Assembly: GCA_951406725.2 (NCBI GenBank)
Contig: OX597836.1
Location: 30,566,001 to 30,630,000 of the forward strand
DNA from: Octopus vulgaris
Taxonomy: Eukaryota
Direction: 5' to 3'
DNA length: 64,000 nucleotides
Part shown: in pieces, positions 37,501 through 50,965 of the stretch
How positions within the stretch are numbered: the stretch's first letter is position 1
Layout of the letters: the number at the start of each line of letters is the position of its first letter
Notes under the pieces: model-generated
The model's database searches: none
Told to the model about the DNA's origin: nothing
Seen by the model: the letters and a program-made list of their open reading frames with translations, nothing else
Position numbers and translations under genes: made by a program

Positions 37501-38190
37501 AGGTCAATAGATTGGCAGAATCAGTAGAGTGATAATCAAAATGTCAAAGAGTTCCAAATTCAAATCCAACCACTGTCGATCAGGTTCACCTTTCTTTCTA
37601 ATGGTAGAAGGGTGGAGGTGGAGTCAAGATGGTAGTTGATGTAATTGATTATATCTTCCCTTCAAATCTGTGAAGCCTTGTACCAATATTAGAAATCAAT
37701 ATCAACTCTATATGAAGCAGATGATTATTTAATAAAATAATTTCAACATTATGCACTTAATGACATGCCTTTTTTTTTTTTGTAAGATACAAAGCTATAT
37801 TTCTAATATTATGAACCAATTATTTTAGAAGATTCACTACATTCTTAGTAATTGCCTGTAAGAAAGACCAATGAGAAATTTCTAAATCTCAGTTAACCAA
37901 ATTATCACCTTTTCTAATGGAATTAAATTCGGTAAGCATAAAATTCATAAGCCCAGATTGCTGATATGTCATCTCATAACAATATATAATCCTACATGTC
38001 TTTCTTCCTCTCTCAAACTATTTCAAGGTGCTAATGTGGTTCACACAACCAAATTTTCACATTGAAATGAATTTCTGCTAATATGCATAACGTTTTCTGA
38101 AGTTTAATGTTTAATAAGCAACACCTCTTTTAATTAATAGCTTAACACATTTGAAATTTCAAAAGATTAAATTTATGAGAAATCCTTACA

Positions 38191-38561
38191 AGTGCAGGCA
38201 TGACTGTGTGGTAAGAAGATTGCTTCCCAACCACATGGTTTCTGGTTCAGTCCCACTGCATGACACCTTGGGCAATGTCTTCTACTATAGCCTTGGGAAC
38301 ACCAAAGCCTTGTGAGTTAATTTGGCACACAGAAACTACAAGAAGCTCATCTTTTGTGTGTGTGTGTGTGTCCACTACCACCATGTGACAACTAGTGTTG
38401 GTGAGTTCACATCCCATAACTTAGTGGTTCAGCAAAAGAGAATGATAGAATACATACCAGGCTTAAGAAAAATTAGTACTGGGGTCAATTTGTTTGACTA
38501 AAATTTTCAAGGCAGTGCCTCAGCATGGCCACAGTCTAATGACTAAAACAAGTAAAAGATA
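38191..38561 (+). mobile_element. SINE family A
   Basis: gtgcaggcatgactgtgtggtaagaag...aaacaagtaaaagata. Confidence 0.88.
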
Positions 38562-38867
38562 ATTGCTATAAGAACAAACTGAGTATTTTTTCAGAGAATG
38601 AGTTTACTGACATTCTTTACTTATTGCATTCAGTTCAGTAAAAAGAAAACCTACAAAATCATTTAACCTATTAGAAATAACACCCAAGTATCACTCAACT
38701 ACAAGTTGCCAGCTTAAAAAAAAAAAAAAACAGAAAGGACAAATTATGTAGTCTGAAATAAATTACAAAAAGTTGAGATGGTCACGGTCGGACTGCTCAA
38801 GATTTGTGTCATGATCAGATATGACCAAGAGCTAAACAACAACAAAAGCTTAACACATTTCAAATGT

Positions 38868-39078
38868 TAAACCCTTTAACATTCAGATTACTCTGTCAAA
38901 TGTTATGCCCATTCACATAGTTTTCACTTAATCATTCATTATAGTGTCGCTCTGAGAATATGGTGATGTAATTGTATGTTTTTAGACTGAAATTGTAGAG
39001 TAGGCATGAGAGGCTGAATCTGACCATTTGGAATGTAAAACAGATAACATATTTGGGCCAGACATAGCTAAAGAGTTA
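38868..39078. mobile_element. piggyBac-type MITE P1
   Basis: ccctttaacattcagattactctgtcaaatg ... gctaaaagag|ttaa. Confidence 0.75.
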
Positions 39079-39414
39079 AAAGAGTAAATTTCTGAGAAAC
39101 CCTTCCTTCAACTTTTAAATGCAAAACAGTTACTACAAAGAAAGAATATATATATTAATCTATTTTACTAATTACTCTTAGTTTAGAGCTGGGGTAGGAA
39201 ACACCTCACCCGCCCTCAAATTTGACAAGCTGAAATGCTTTTGATTGCAGGTCAATTTGATTAGAGTTACTCAGGAGTTAAATAGCAATAAATTAGAACT
39301 TCTTATTTGAATCCAATCTGGTGTAGATGGTCAAAGATCAAATCAACTGAAACAGTGTAAGAAAGATGATGTCTGGATGTGGTGGGGGTCTAAGACTACA
39401 TTATCTAGTGTGTC

Positions 39415-39802
39415 CATCATCAATTTTAATGTCTAGTTTTTCATACTTGCAGGAGTTAGATGAAATTTCTTGAGGCAGATTTTCTCCAGATAGATGCCTT
39501 TCCTGCTGCCAACCCTCACCTGCTTCCAAGTGCAAATATATATCTCCATGACCAGATATGTTTTTAAGGAAGACAAGAAACAAAAGATGTCATTTGCATG
39601 ATGGTGACACTCCTTAACAACTATCACATGATGTCGAAAAGAGGAGAAAGTAACACACACACACACACACGACAGGAAGCTTATTTCAGATTAAATCCAC
39701 CAACTCCACTCACAAGGCTTTGGTTGGCCCAGTGACTCAGTGGAATACACTTGCCCAATTTTCCACTGAATAGGAAGCAAACTTTTTAACCACACAGCCA
39801 TG
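39415..39802 (-). mobile_element. Chimeric SINE (A head plus C-like tail)
   Basis: Reverse complement of the 6392-6755 architecture. Confidence 0.75.
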
Positions 39803-40024
39803 ATCAGAAACATTCCAGCATTGACCATCCCATCTTTTCAAGTGTATCTAAGTTTAAATTATCTAATGAGCCCTTCCTAAGTTTTGAAGATGTTTAGGTT
39901 GGGTTTGAGGGGAATTTTGCAGCTGTTTTTAAGTCAAGCAATCATACAGAGGCTTTTCTGCTTGAGTGAATATGATGATGATGACAATGATGATGGTGAG
40001 TGGACAAGGTGACATGTCAGTTGG

Positions 40025-40945
40025 TATTGTTATATAGGCCCAGATCAATCCTGGTTGAACAGACCTGTGATCAAAGGGATTCCAGATTTGACTATCCATT
40101 TAATCTTTTAGCATTTAAATCAGCCATATCCAGCCCAAATATTCTACCTGTTTTATGTTCAAACTGGCCAGAAATATCTTCTCACACCTACCCTACAATG
40201 TCATTCTAAAAATAAACAATTACTTTCATCAAAATCTTGAAGTTATGAGATAATGCATGATTAATTCAAAAAGTGCATAAAAAAAGCTTAATATTTGACA
40301 AAGTAATCTGAATGCTAAAGGGTAGATGTGTATGGAATATTCAATCATTTGTGACCTGGATCTCCGTCAGTTAACAGAAGTGTTCCAGTTCATTTAGTCA
40401 ATGGAACAGCCTGCTCATGAAATTAACAAGCAGGTAGCTGAGCACTTCACAAACAAGTATACCCTTAACATAGTTCTCAGGATTATTCAGCATGACACAG
40501 AATGCGACAAGGTTGACTCACTGAATTACATGTACAACTCATTTTTGCCAGCTCTCAGCCATGTGTACATTAATTTAATGAACAACTGAATGCAATTGTT
40601 GAGACTGATAGAGGATCCATCATTTTTCATCAGGAGTAAATATGAGTATGGATCTGTTTGTGAATGTGTGAGTGAGTAAGCATGTATGTGAACGTGTGTG
40701 TTCACGTACATGCTTATTCCCATACGTGTGTTGGTGTGTTTATGATTTTACTGTCCCATATCAACCCAAAACAATGTGAATAACTAAGCATTACATTTGA
40801 CAGAGTAATCTGAATGCTAAAGGGTTGAAGTTATCTAGGATTGAATCATACAACATCTCTTTCAGTTTGTTTCTTTTAAGAAAATAAGGTGTAGTTTGAG
40901 GGAAATTTGGCAGCTATTTCTAATAGGTCAAGCCACCATGTAGAG
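40025..40945. mobile_element. Nested block: family D (-) interrupted by MITE P1 (~40100-40323), a further SINE-like fragment (~40340-40550) and a second MITE 3' end (~40768-40826)
   Basis: MITE terminus gaatgctaaaggg appears twice; D sequence resumes near 40830. Confidence 0.65.
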
Positions 40946-41539
40946 TTGACTTGTAAGTTTGAAGTGGTGCTAAGAGAGGGAGAGAGAGACTGAATGCGAA
41001 AGTGTTATTTTCGGCAGCCAATACTGCAAAAGTGTTTAAATGTTCAATAACCTCAACATGTAAATATGTTTTTGATTTTGGTGAAAGAAATTGGAAATCA
41101 ATTACTTCAGATTGGTAGGACTAAAATTCAGAGACAAACATTTATTTCCTAACATTTATATAACTGTCATTATATCTTTAGCATATCGAGAGAGAGAAAA
41201 GGATAATTTGATTTACCAAATAGAGAAAATTTAATATTAAAAAATTCATATACATATATATACACACACACACACACATACATATTCCTCAGATAAATAT
41301 AACCAATTAAAAAGTACAAAAACAAAAACCATTTACTCAATGAATGTATGTTTATATAATGTAAGACACTAGTTGACTTATTTATATAAATGTTTTCAAC
41401 ATTTCTCAAGTATTCGATAAATGTGCTTTAAGCAAACAGCTTGGCCACCAAAAATATCGAACTAATTGGTTTCAATATATATAATTTATATATTTGTAAT
41501 TTAAAGAACAAGATTTCTAACAACATAATTGGAGGAAGG

Positions 41540-42082
41540 GGTCTTTTTTTTACTAGCTTCTGTCATTATACTGTGGCCATGCTGGAGCACCATCTTGAAG
41601 GGTTTAGTTAAACAATTCAAACCCCCTTTGTTTTGTGTAGTACTTATTCTGATAGTTTCTTTCACCAAAGTTATGGAGATGTAAACAAACCAACATTGAT
41701 TGTTAAGCAGTAATGGGGTACAAATACAACACAGACACATACATATATACACATACACACAACAAGCTGTTCAATTTCCATCTACCAAATCCAATCATAG
41801 GGTTTTGGTCCACCTAGAGCTACAGTACAAGACACTTACCCAAGGAGCCATGCAGTGGGACTGAACTCAAACCCACATGTTTGGAAAGCAAGCTTCTCAA
41901 CCACACAACCACAGAATGTTGGGATAAAAAAATAAGTCGTGGCTGTAGGTTAAAAATTTTGCTTCACAACCACAGTTCTGGGTTCAATTCAATAACACCA
42001 CACTTAGGGCAAATGTGTTTGACTATAGGCTCAGTTTAACCAATGCCTTGTGAGTAGAATTTGGTAAATGGAAACTGTGTGG
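41540..42082. mobile_element. Head-to-head SINE A pair (-, 41540-41911; +, 41935-42082)
   Basis: Family A heads in opposite orientation about 25 bp apart. Confidence 0.75.
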
Positions 42083-42199
42083 AATCACAATCACTGTGAT
42101 CATCATTTTAAGTCTGTTTTCTATGCTGCCATGGGTTATACAGCTTGTCACAGCATGAGTCAGTTTTTGCTGGTACATTTTATTTGATATAGTTTAGAA

Positions 42200-42478
42200 A
42201 AGTAGTTCCCAAAGTGGGTGGTACTGTCCCCTTGGGGAAGGGGTGAAAGATTGGGAGGAAGAAAAGTGGGGTGATAATGGGGTGGCCAAAAGGGGTCAAG
42301 GGATGTAAAAAAAACCAACATAATGGGTTGAGTAGGTTAAGTTTTAATTGTGAAATACAGTTACTTTGAATTTTCTGCAGAAAGTGGTCTGTGTTTGTGG
42401 TGTTGAGCTGGTGGGAGGGCTACGAATGTGGCCTGGGTGTCAAGGTGGCGGTGGTGTGAAAAAGTTTGGGAACCACTG
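42200..42478. mobile_element. hAT MITE with 8-bp TSD
   Basis: TSD gtttagaa at 42192-42199 and 42479-42486; TIR (a)agtagttcccaaa / tttgggaaccactg. Confidence 0.9.
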
Positions 42479-43056
42479 GTTTAGAATACTAGTGAAACAT
42501 AATCCCTGGACACATGTACCACAGTCTTTATGCTTATCAGTGCAAACTTGTGTGCAGTGTTGTGTTCCTTCATGTAAAAATATAAACTTAGCAATTTGAT
42601 AGAGACCATAAAATGATTACTACACTGAAATAAGTACTAAGGTTAATATGGTTCATCAAAACTCTTGAAGATAATACCTCAGCATAAGCTTTAGTGCAAT
42701 AGTTGAAACTAGTAAAAGACTAATAGAAAAAAGCATAAAACAAAAACTTTAAAAGGATACATTTTTCAACAATGAAGAAAAGTTTTGCAAATTTTCTACC
42801 AAGCATTGGTCTTCTCAAGAATTGCATGTATTCATTTGGAGAATTTCTCTTTCTATTCTCACCGTCAGAACTCTTACAAGAACTTCATATACCAAGTGAA
42901 TGAATTTTCCACACACAAACTTTAACACACCATACTCTTCACTTGTTTTAATTATTCACAAAGTCGTAATGTTATATATCAATCCATTACCATTCACTTC
43001 GATTTACATTGAATAAAGATTTTAGGAATAATTGTCTCTAACCCACAAGATCTAGT

Positions 43057-43283
43057 TTAACTTTTTAGTATTCAAATTTCTCTGTCAAGTGTAATGCTTA
43101 TTTATTCATATTGTTTTAAATTATCATGTAGTATCTCATAGCTTCAAGATTTCAATGATGCAATTGCTTATTTATAGAATGACATTATAAGGTAGGTGTG
43201 AGAGGCTGGAACTAGCTAGTTTGAACATAAAACACATAGAATAACTAAACAATTTACAGCTAAACTGGCCAGGTATGTCCAGT
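43057..43283. mobile_element. piggyBac-type MITE P1
   Basis: ttaactttttagtattca...ctgtcaagtgtaatgcttatttattc...aaaggtttaa. Confidence 0.7.
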
Positions 43284-43904
43284 TTAATTGTAAAAAGGTT
43301 TAAATGTATAACGGTTCAGTCCAGCCAGCAAAGCCAAACAAATTTTACACCCTTGATATAGAAGCTCCCTCATTGGCTCTATCTATAAATTTAGTATTTA
43401 TCGAAGTTTTTCTGAGCATATATTAGATTGAGATCTTAGTTCCAATTTACGTTCATGCCAAAGATCACTATTTAACAAAAAGTGAAATTAGTAAGCTGTG
43501 AGGTAAAAAACAGTGCTTACACAACTCTGCTCTAACAAAGGGACTTAACTGAGCTGAAATGTCAGACCTCACCTCTCTTATGGCAAGCTAATATATTCAT
43601 TCTTCTTCGTGGGCCCTGCATGATACATCAGACCTTTCATCTTCTTTGTGGAAAACCAGCTAATTCTCAGTTTGTAAGTTGTTTGTATTCACTATATATA
43701 GACACAGACCATCACTAATTTCCGCAGATTCTACCAATTCTCTTTGATACATCCTTTAGAATGAAACTTCACTTATCTCTAAAACATTGATTTTTAGGAA
43801 GTAAGAAAGTCCACTTACATTGAGTTAGATTATAATCAACTGGAAATCTAAGTTAAAAGATGTTGTGAAGCAATAAATTTATTTTACACACACACGCTTA
43901 TACA

Positions 43905-43948
<44 letters not shown>

Positions 43949-44479
43949 GCACCAAAGTTATCTAAAGACAAAATACTATTTTATCTTCTGAAATAAGTCT
44001 ATAACAAAAATGCAATTTAGATTATTTACTTGGTTTGTTCAAAGTGCACACTCATATTTATAAATTAATTGACAGCTTAGAGAGAAACATACTTTTTAAT
44101 AGTCTCACAACACACCAAGATCAAACAATGGAGTATCAGATTCAATTGCAAGAGACAGAGAGAGGAAAGAGTGTGTGTGCGTGCAATAGATAAATTGCAA
44201 TTCCTTAAAGGAATTCTAACTACTAATAAATAAAAGTTACATCATACAACAAGATCAAAACACTTCTTCCAAACATCAAGCAAGCAAATTCTGTTATGAA
44301 TACTAGTTCGAAAAAGGAAGAAAAAAAGAAAACCAAAAAAAGATTTGTTTAAAGATGAACAACTCAAAATGAAGTTATTAGCTAATAATAGAAAACTAGT
44401 AAAGTTACTAGCTAGTAATAGGAAACTGCACATAATTTACACATACCTAAATAACAATGTTTGAAATGAGCTAATAAGG

Positions 44480-44885
44480 AAATGTCTACAAGAGAGTTTA
44501 AATTACTAGAAATAGAAGTTAAATCTCCCTAAAATCACCTCTACAGTCTGGAAAAAGACAAAAAAAGAGCACATTAATAATGTAGTCCTAGATAAACTAT
44601 TCCTGATAAGCAAGACAGGGCTTCTACATGGTTCCCTCACCTGCTAGAAATAGTAATCAGATCTTCCTCGAACCACACCATGCAGTCTTAAAAAAGAAAA
44701 AGATACACTGTGTTATCTTAGATGCTGCTAAATATGGAATGGTTCTGGTTACAATGCCAATGACTATAGGTTTGCTCAATCAGGGAAGACCTACAGGTAA
44801 ATAACATGAGGTAAGCACAGTTGGAACATTTTTTTTTTTTTACCATAAGTCTTCTCCCACAGAGTTGGCCTGTGGCTAAACAGAA
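44480..44885 (+). repeat. Tandem family D copies
   Basis: ctagaaatag...aatgtagtcctagata, then ctgctagaaatagtaa...ctatag..tgctcaatcaggg..gacct. Confidence 0.65.
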
Positions 44886-45984
44886 ACATTAACCATTTTC
44901 CAAAAGTACATATTCTGATGGGCAATACTTAACATTTGACACTCAGGGAAATAATCATCAACATATAACATCTGTTTTCCATTCTGGCATTATCCATGAA
45001 CTGTTTGACAGGGTCTAGCAAGCTGCAAGGCTACATTGCTCCAGTGTCAAGTGGAACTATTTCTGCTTATTGTTTGCAGTAAATTCTTGTAATGTAACAT
45101 GTTATCAAATACTTCAGAAGTAAAGGATTTTTGTTTTTGTAAACCATTCTGATTTATCCCACAATTCCAGTTTGAACAGCAATTCATAGACTGTGAACCA
45201 CTGGTGTATAAGCTCAAAAACTGGCTCATTGGATTTGTTGTGGTTTAGTCCTAAGTGAGCACTTCTTTAAACTAATCATCCTATTTCTTAAAAGAAATTT
45301 CAACAATGAGTATTCAGGTGTGTCACCGACTGAAAGTTAAACTCATTAAATTAATATGTAAGAGGCATTTCCAAATCAAATCCTTATGACACAATGTGAC
45401 AATGCCGGACTTATGAATTGCACGTACAATTCCATTTGATGGGCTTCCTCAGAGTTTGCATTTTCCCAGTTTCACTCATAAGCTTGAGGCTATGGTAAAG
45501 ACATTCCCCAAAATTCCACCCAGTAGGATCAAACTGGAACTTCATGACTGAGTAGCATATTTCCTATCCAATTCAGCCACGCCTATTTTTTATTATATTA
45601 GTAACTACACAATCCAATGTATACTTATTTGAGGTGTGATTTGAAAGAGCTTTAGCTGCTATGTCTAGCAGATTGCGTGCCTGAAAAAAGCATCACCTTC
45701 ATTGGCATGATGATTTACTATTAGTTTTTCCTCATCTCACAAATTGCATTCCACCCACTCCCCCAGTCTCCCACCCTCTCTTCACATTCTTATGACCTTG
45801 CCTGCCCACTCGCCCTGTCTAATCCTTTGTACCACTTATATTCACCTCCCTGTAACCTCACCACCATCTTCTCTCTCTCTCTCTATAACTTGGGTATCTC
45901 CTCTACAGCAAAACAACCTGTATCTGTATCTCTATCAAACTTTAACTTCTCATCACCTGACACAAAGCCACCTCCCTTAATACT

Positions 45985-46200
45985 ATTTCTTTACTACCCA
46001 CAAAGGGCTAAACACAGAGGGGACAAACGGATTAAGTCGATTATATCGACCCCAGTGCGTAACTGGTACTTATTTAATCAACCCCGAAAGGATGAAAGGA
46101 AAAGTTGACCTCGGCGGAATTTGAACTCAGAACGTAACCGCAGGCGAAATACTGCTAAGTATTTCGCCCAGCGTGCTAACGATTCTACCAGCTCGCTGCC
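45985..46200 (-). mobile_element. Young SINE family B with TSD
   Basis: TSD ttaatact at 45977-45984 and 46201-46208; near-identical to 8769-9001. Confidence 0.92.
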
Positions 46201-46997
46201 TTAATACTGCTCCCACAATCAGTTGAAGTAGGGATTGTTGTCTGGCAAATTACTTGATGAATTCACTGGTGCTGCTGGTGCCACATATAAAAAGCACCAA
46301 AAAATGTTTGGCATTAGGAAGGGCATCCAGTCACAGAAACCATGCTAAAGCAAACAGTAAAGCCTGGCGCAGTCCTCTTGCTCACCAGCTCCCGTCAAAC
46401 TGTCCAACCCATGCCAGCATGGTAAATGGATGTTAAATGGCAATGGTTCTGTAGGAAAATATTCCCATAAAGATGAGTGCAATTGATTCAAGCATCGAAA
46501 AGAGCACCACTAACATCTTGCTGGACTTCATTGCATATTTGACAGTGAAACCCAAAGGAAGTAAGAATGCAATCAAAAGGAGGAAGCAATCACTTTTTTA
46601 TTGAAAACCAAAATTCAAATTTCATTTTTAATGCTGAAATTTTATGCATTGTTATAAAAAAGCCATAATACTGTTTCTTTGTAATAAAAGATTAACTTCA
46701 TATAATTTAGATAACATTGCAGCAAGAAATGCCAATCTCATAAGCCATGAATTATTTGTTAAACACTCATTAAATTCTTGTTCTGAATTCATTGAGTTTG
46801 AAGAATTTTAATAACTTCAATACAAAGCTCAACTTTCAAATGCTAAAGACCACCTTTTTTAATCTTTTGCATAAAATCTTAATTTATCCGAAGTGCACAA
46901 GAACTAATGAAGCTAGCCATTTATACAGTTTCATCAATTTGATAAACACGCAATTTCAGTATATTTTTTACCTTTTTAAATTTGCTATTATCATTAT

Positions 46998-47644
46998 TCA
47001 AGCTGACAGAATTATTACCATGTTGGAAAAAATGCTTAGCAGTTATTTCTTCCGGTTCTTGTCATTCTAAGTTCAAATACTATTCAGGTCGACTTTGCCT
47101 TTTATCCTTTCAGGGTTAATAAGATAAGTTCCAATCAAACATTGGGGTTGATATAATCGATTAGCCTCCCTCCCTTAAAATTTTAGGCCTTTTGCCCAAA
47201 ATAGCCTATAATGGAAAGAATTATTTTCAGGGTGGTGAGCTGGCTGAATTATTAGTGAGTTTGACAAAAAGTACCTCTTCTGCTCTTTACATTCTGAGTT
47301 CAAATTTCACAGAGATCAAATTTGCCTTTCACCCTTTTGAACACTAGGGCTGATATAATGGACTTACCTACTTCCCCCACCCATCAAAAAATATGAAACC
47401 ATAATTATTATGATTAAAGTGATGAGCTGGCAGAATTGTTAGCATGCTGGACAAAATACTGCTAAGCATTTTGTCCATCTTTACATTCTGAGTTCAAATG
47501 CCCACAAAATCAACTTTGCCTTTCATCCTTTCAGGCTCAATAAATTAAGTACCAGAGAAACACTAGGGTCAATGTAACTGACTATTCCCCTTCCCCAAAA
47601 TTTCAGGCCTTGTGCCTCTAGTAGAAAGGATTATTATTATTATT
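46998..47644 (+). mobile_element. Tandem cluster of three SINE B copies
   Basis: Head and core repeated at ~46998, 47230, 47418, with ATT-rich tails. Confidence 0.85.
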
Positions 47645-48199
47645 GAGTGAGAGAGCAGTGCATGCCATCAAAGTGACACTGGGGTAAAATATACGAAGCC
47701 CAGTATACCCATCATGACTACCCGTCTGATAAGGGTACACTAGGCACATGCATCACAACCATATGTGCGCAACAATGGTGATCTCATATCAAGATAAACA
47801 GCACATGACCTTACAGGTGGGGCCCAGTTAGAATTTTCTTCTGGTCAAGTAACCCATCCCGATCAAAAGGTCCCTGAAAAAAGGTTGTTTAAGGATGTTT
47901 AACAAAACACCCATGTTTCCAGAAGTGAATTATTCAAACCCCAAAGAATCCCTCTCAACACATGACTATGATGCTCCCCCACTACTTCTGCTCGTGATCA
48001 GAGATGCACATATCGTCAGCCACTAAGGGTCATGCTCAACTGGTTAAAATCAAACAACTGACAAGCAAATCTGTGGTATTGAGCAGAATATTTGCTGTAG
48101 CCCATCTTTTATACCAAGACAAAACAATGTACATGATAACACTTCCAATCAGTTAAAATCATAAGCCACGAGAGCCACTGCCTGGTACTGCATCAGGGC

Positions 48200-48200
<1 letters not shown>
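47645..48200. mobile_element. ~555-bp non-coding element embedded in (ATT)n
   Basis: (ATT)n on both sides (47630-47644 and 48202-48233); complex internal sequence; no TIR or ORF seen. Confidence 0.6.
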
Positions 48201-48235
<35 letters not shown>

Positions 48236-48891
48236 CAACAAAGATTAATGGGTTTTTTTTTAATTTGTAGGGCTTCAGGAGACATGTGGCAAGATGTGCT
48301 GAAACATAAAGCTGGCAGCACAATAAAATGCACCTAGCCCAATTTATAAATTGGTTGGCATTAGAAAGGGTATTCACCCATATCATGCAAAAATGATGCA
48401 CACACAAACAAAAAGAACTTTTTACTCATTTACCAGATGACAAAAGACTGTTACAAGTAAATTGATTGTACTGGGATTAGAACCATCCAATCTTATGCCA
48501 GCATGGAAAAAAAAAAACAGACAAAGCAATGATAATGATGAAGGTTTAGTCAGAAGAAGAAAGGTGGCACCCATGGCCTTTTTTTGCAGGACTCTAAGAA
48601 TGATAGGAAAAAGGAGGCAATAAAAATGGTGACCTTGTCCGAATACTTGCAACAGAATAATTATGAAGGCTCCAGATATTGATGGTCATAAACCAAATGA
48701 CTGCCTGCCACCCCAAAATATGTACAGTCTCTGCAACAGGCTTCCACACAATTTCCATCTACTCAAGTTCTCTCGCAAGGTTTGAGTCAACTTAGCATGT
48801 CATCCTAATTAATTCTACATAATAATGATGTAATTTTTGGTAACAGAACTTTTTGGAAGTAAATATGTCCTGAAGCTATCTTTATTGTTAA

Positions 48892-49447
48892 CTCTTTAGC
48901 AAAAACTAGCCAGATCTGGCTCCTCAAACATACCCTCCAATGCCATTCTTAAAGTAAATATTCACAGCTTGCTTACGAACCACATGGTTCAGGGTTCAGT
49001 CCCACTGCGTGGCACCTTAGGTAAGTGTCTTCTGCTATAGCCTCGGGCTAACCAAAGCCTTGTGAGTGGATTTGGTAGACAGAAACTGAAAGAAGCCCGT
49101 CGTATATAGGTATATATACATGTATATATGTGGGTGTGTGTGTTTGTGTGTCTGTGTTTGTCCCCCGCAACATCGCTTGAAAACCGATGCTGGTGTGTTT
49201 ACGTCCCCGTAACTTAATGGTTCGGCAAAAGAGACCGATGTAATAACTAGGCTTACATAGAATAAGTCCTGGGGTCGATTTGCTCGACTAAAGGCAGTGC
49301 TCCAGCATGGCCACAGTCAAATGACTGAAACAAGTAAAAGAGTAAAAGAGTATCATTGAAATCTTGAAGCTGAGACATAATGCTTGTTTAATTCAAAACA
49401 ATAAGAATAAGCATTATATTTGACAGAGTAAACTGAATACTAAAGGG
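48892..49447. mobile_element. piggyBac-type MITE P1 interrupted by a 5'-truncated young SINE A (48966-49352)
   Basis: TTAA at 48888-48891 and 49448-49451; SINE matches 12498-12913. Confidence 0.88.
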
Positions 49448-49568
49448 TTAAACCCTGGTGAACCCTTATCATGAAGAGCTATGACCAAAGACATCCCATT
49501 TTTCTATAAAGTCATTATCAGACATCTTTGAACATAGGTCTGCATGAGGAGGGCTGATCTAGGATTAA

Positions 49569-49787
49569 CCCTTTCGTTACTGTATTTATTTTGAGATGCT
49601 CTGTGTTTCTTTCAATTACTTCAAATATAACAAAGAATTTAGTAAAATAACTTAGTTATCTTTCAGCTAGTGTTAGGAACATAAATTATGACTAAGGTTT
49701 GGTGGTAGATTTTAATTCCAAACTTATGAAAACACGACATTTGTACTCAGAGCCAGAGCCAGTTTCAGCCGGTTGGTAACAAAAGGG
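49569..49787. mobile_element. piggyBac-type MITE P2, intact
   Basis: ttaa|ccctttcgttac ... gtaacaaaaggg|ttaa. Confidence 0.92.
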
Positions 49788-50559
49788 TTAAACTGTGACA
49801 AGAACAAAAAGGGGATACAGTAAATGATATAGTCCTAGGTATACTATGTCTAATTAAAATGATAGGATGGTCATAGCTGAGTTGCTTTTGATCAGAACTT
49901 CAGTTGATGAGGGCAAAAATACAAACGATGTAAGCACTTGAATTTTGGAACTTTCTATTCTCCGTGGAACTGATTCAAATTAACATATGCACGCATGCAT
50001 GATTTATTTTTTTTATTTCAGCATTTTAAATATTAAATACATGGAAATTTAACATGCTTTGTGATATAACAGAGCGAAAGAGATTTAATGATAATAGATA
50101 ATGCTTGCATCTTTGTCATGCGGTCATGTAGAAAAAAACATAAACTATACAAATAGAAACATGCAAAAAAAAAATGAGGTTAATAGTCCGGAAAAACCGA
50201 ACTGCTCCAGCAATAACTCCTCTTAAAAATATAGTCGTGATTCACTTTGGTGATTGCAGCAGTTATTTGCTTTCTCTCGGAAAAAAATAGATCAAAGCTA
50301 TTTGGCAGTGTTGTAACTCATTAAAGATTTTTCAAGAGATAGGATGGGTTCTGCTTTTTTATGCCAAATCAACAGGAACATTTATTTAAAAGAAACAAAA
50401 AAAAAAGATGTATTAGTGAAAACTACTATTGTATGTAACATCATTATCTATGAACAAATGAAGCAGCCTCTATGCAATCACTTGACCTGCAAGAAATATC
50501 AGCCAAATCTTTTAATTATACACCTTATCATCATGAAGAGCATAAAGGTGCATGACCTA

Positions 50560-50810
50560 GTAATTAGGGTTTTATGTTCACCAAAGTCCTAGTAAGAAGG
50601 AAAACAGACAAATCACAAATCTCTTCTGGGAAATGGCCCTGCTCAGTATGTAAGAAGGGCGTTGGCAGAAACTCCATACATTGTACCCAGTGCAAGCATT
50701 GGATACATAAAAGGTGCAGCGGTATCAAAGGAAGGTTAATGAAGAATATAATCTTTGTGTGTGGCAAATGTGCATGTACAATAAGCACTAAAAATATACA
50801 GACATTTTAA
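50560..50810 (+). mobile_element. RTE LINE RT fragment with PHD-like Cys/His finger
   Basis: TKVLV...WPCSVCKKGVGRNSIHCTQCKHWIHKRCSGIKGRL...FVCGKC; homologous to 20441-20630. Confidence 0.85.
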
Positions 50811-50965
50811 CTAACCTAAAGTTCACTTATGCTTCAACATTGCTTGGCACTGATACTGCTGTAGAGAGTGTGTGTGTGTGTGTGTGTGTGTGCATGTGTG
50901 TGTGTATATGTATATATATATATATATATATACATACATATATATATGTATGTAAGTAAGTATGT

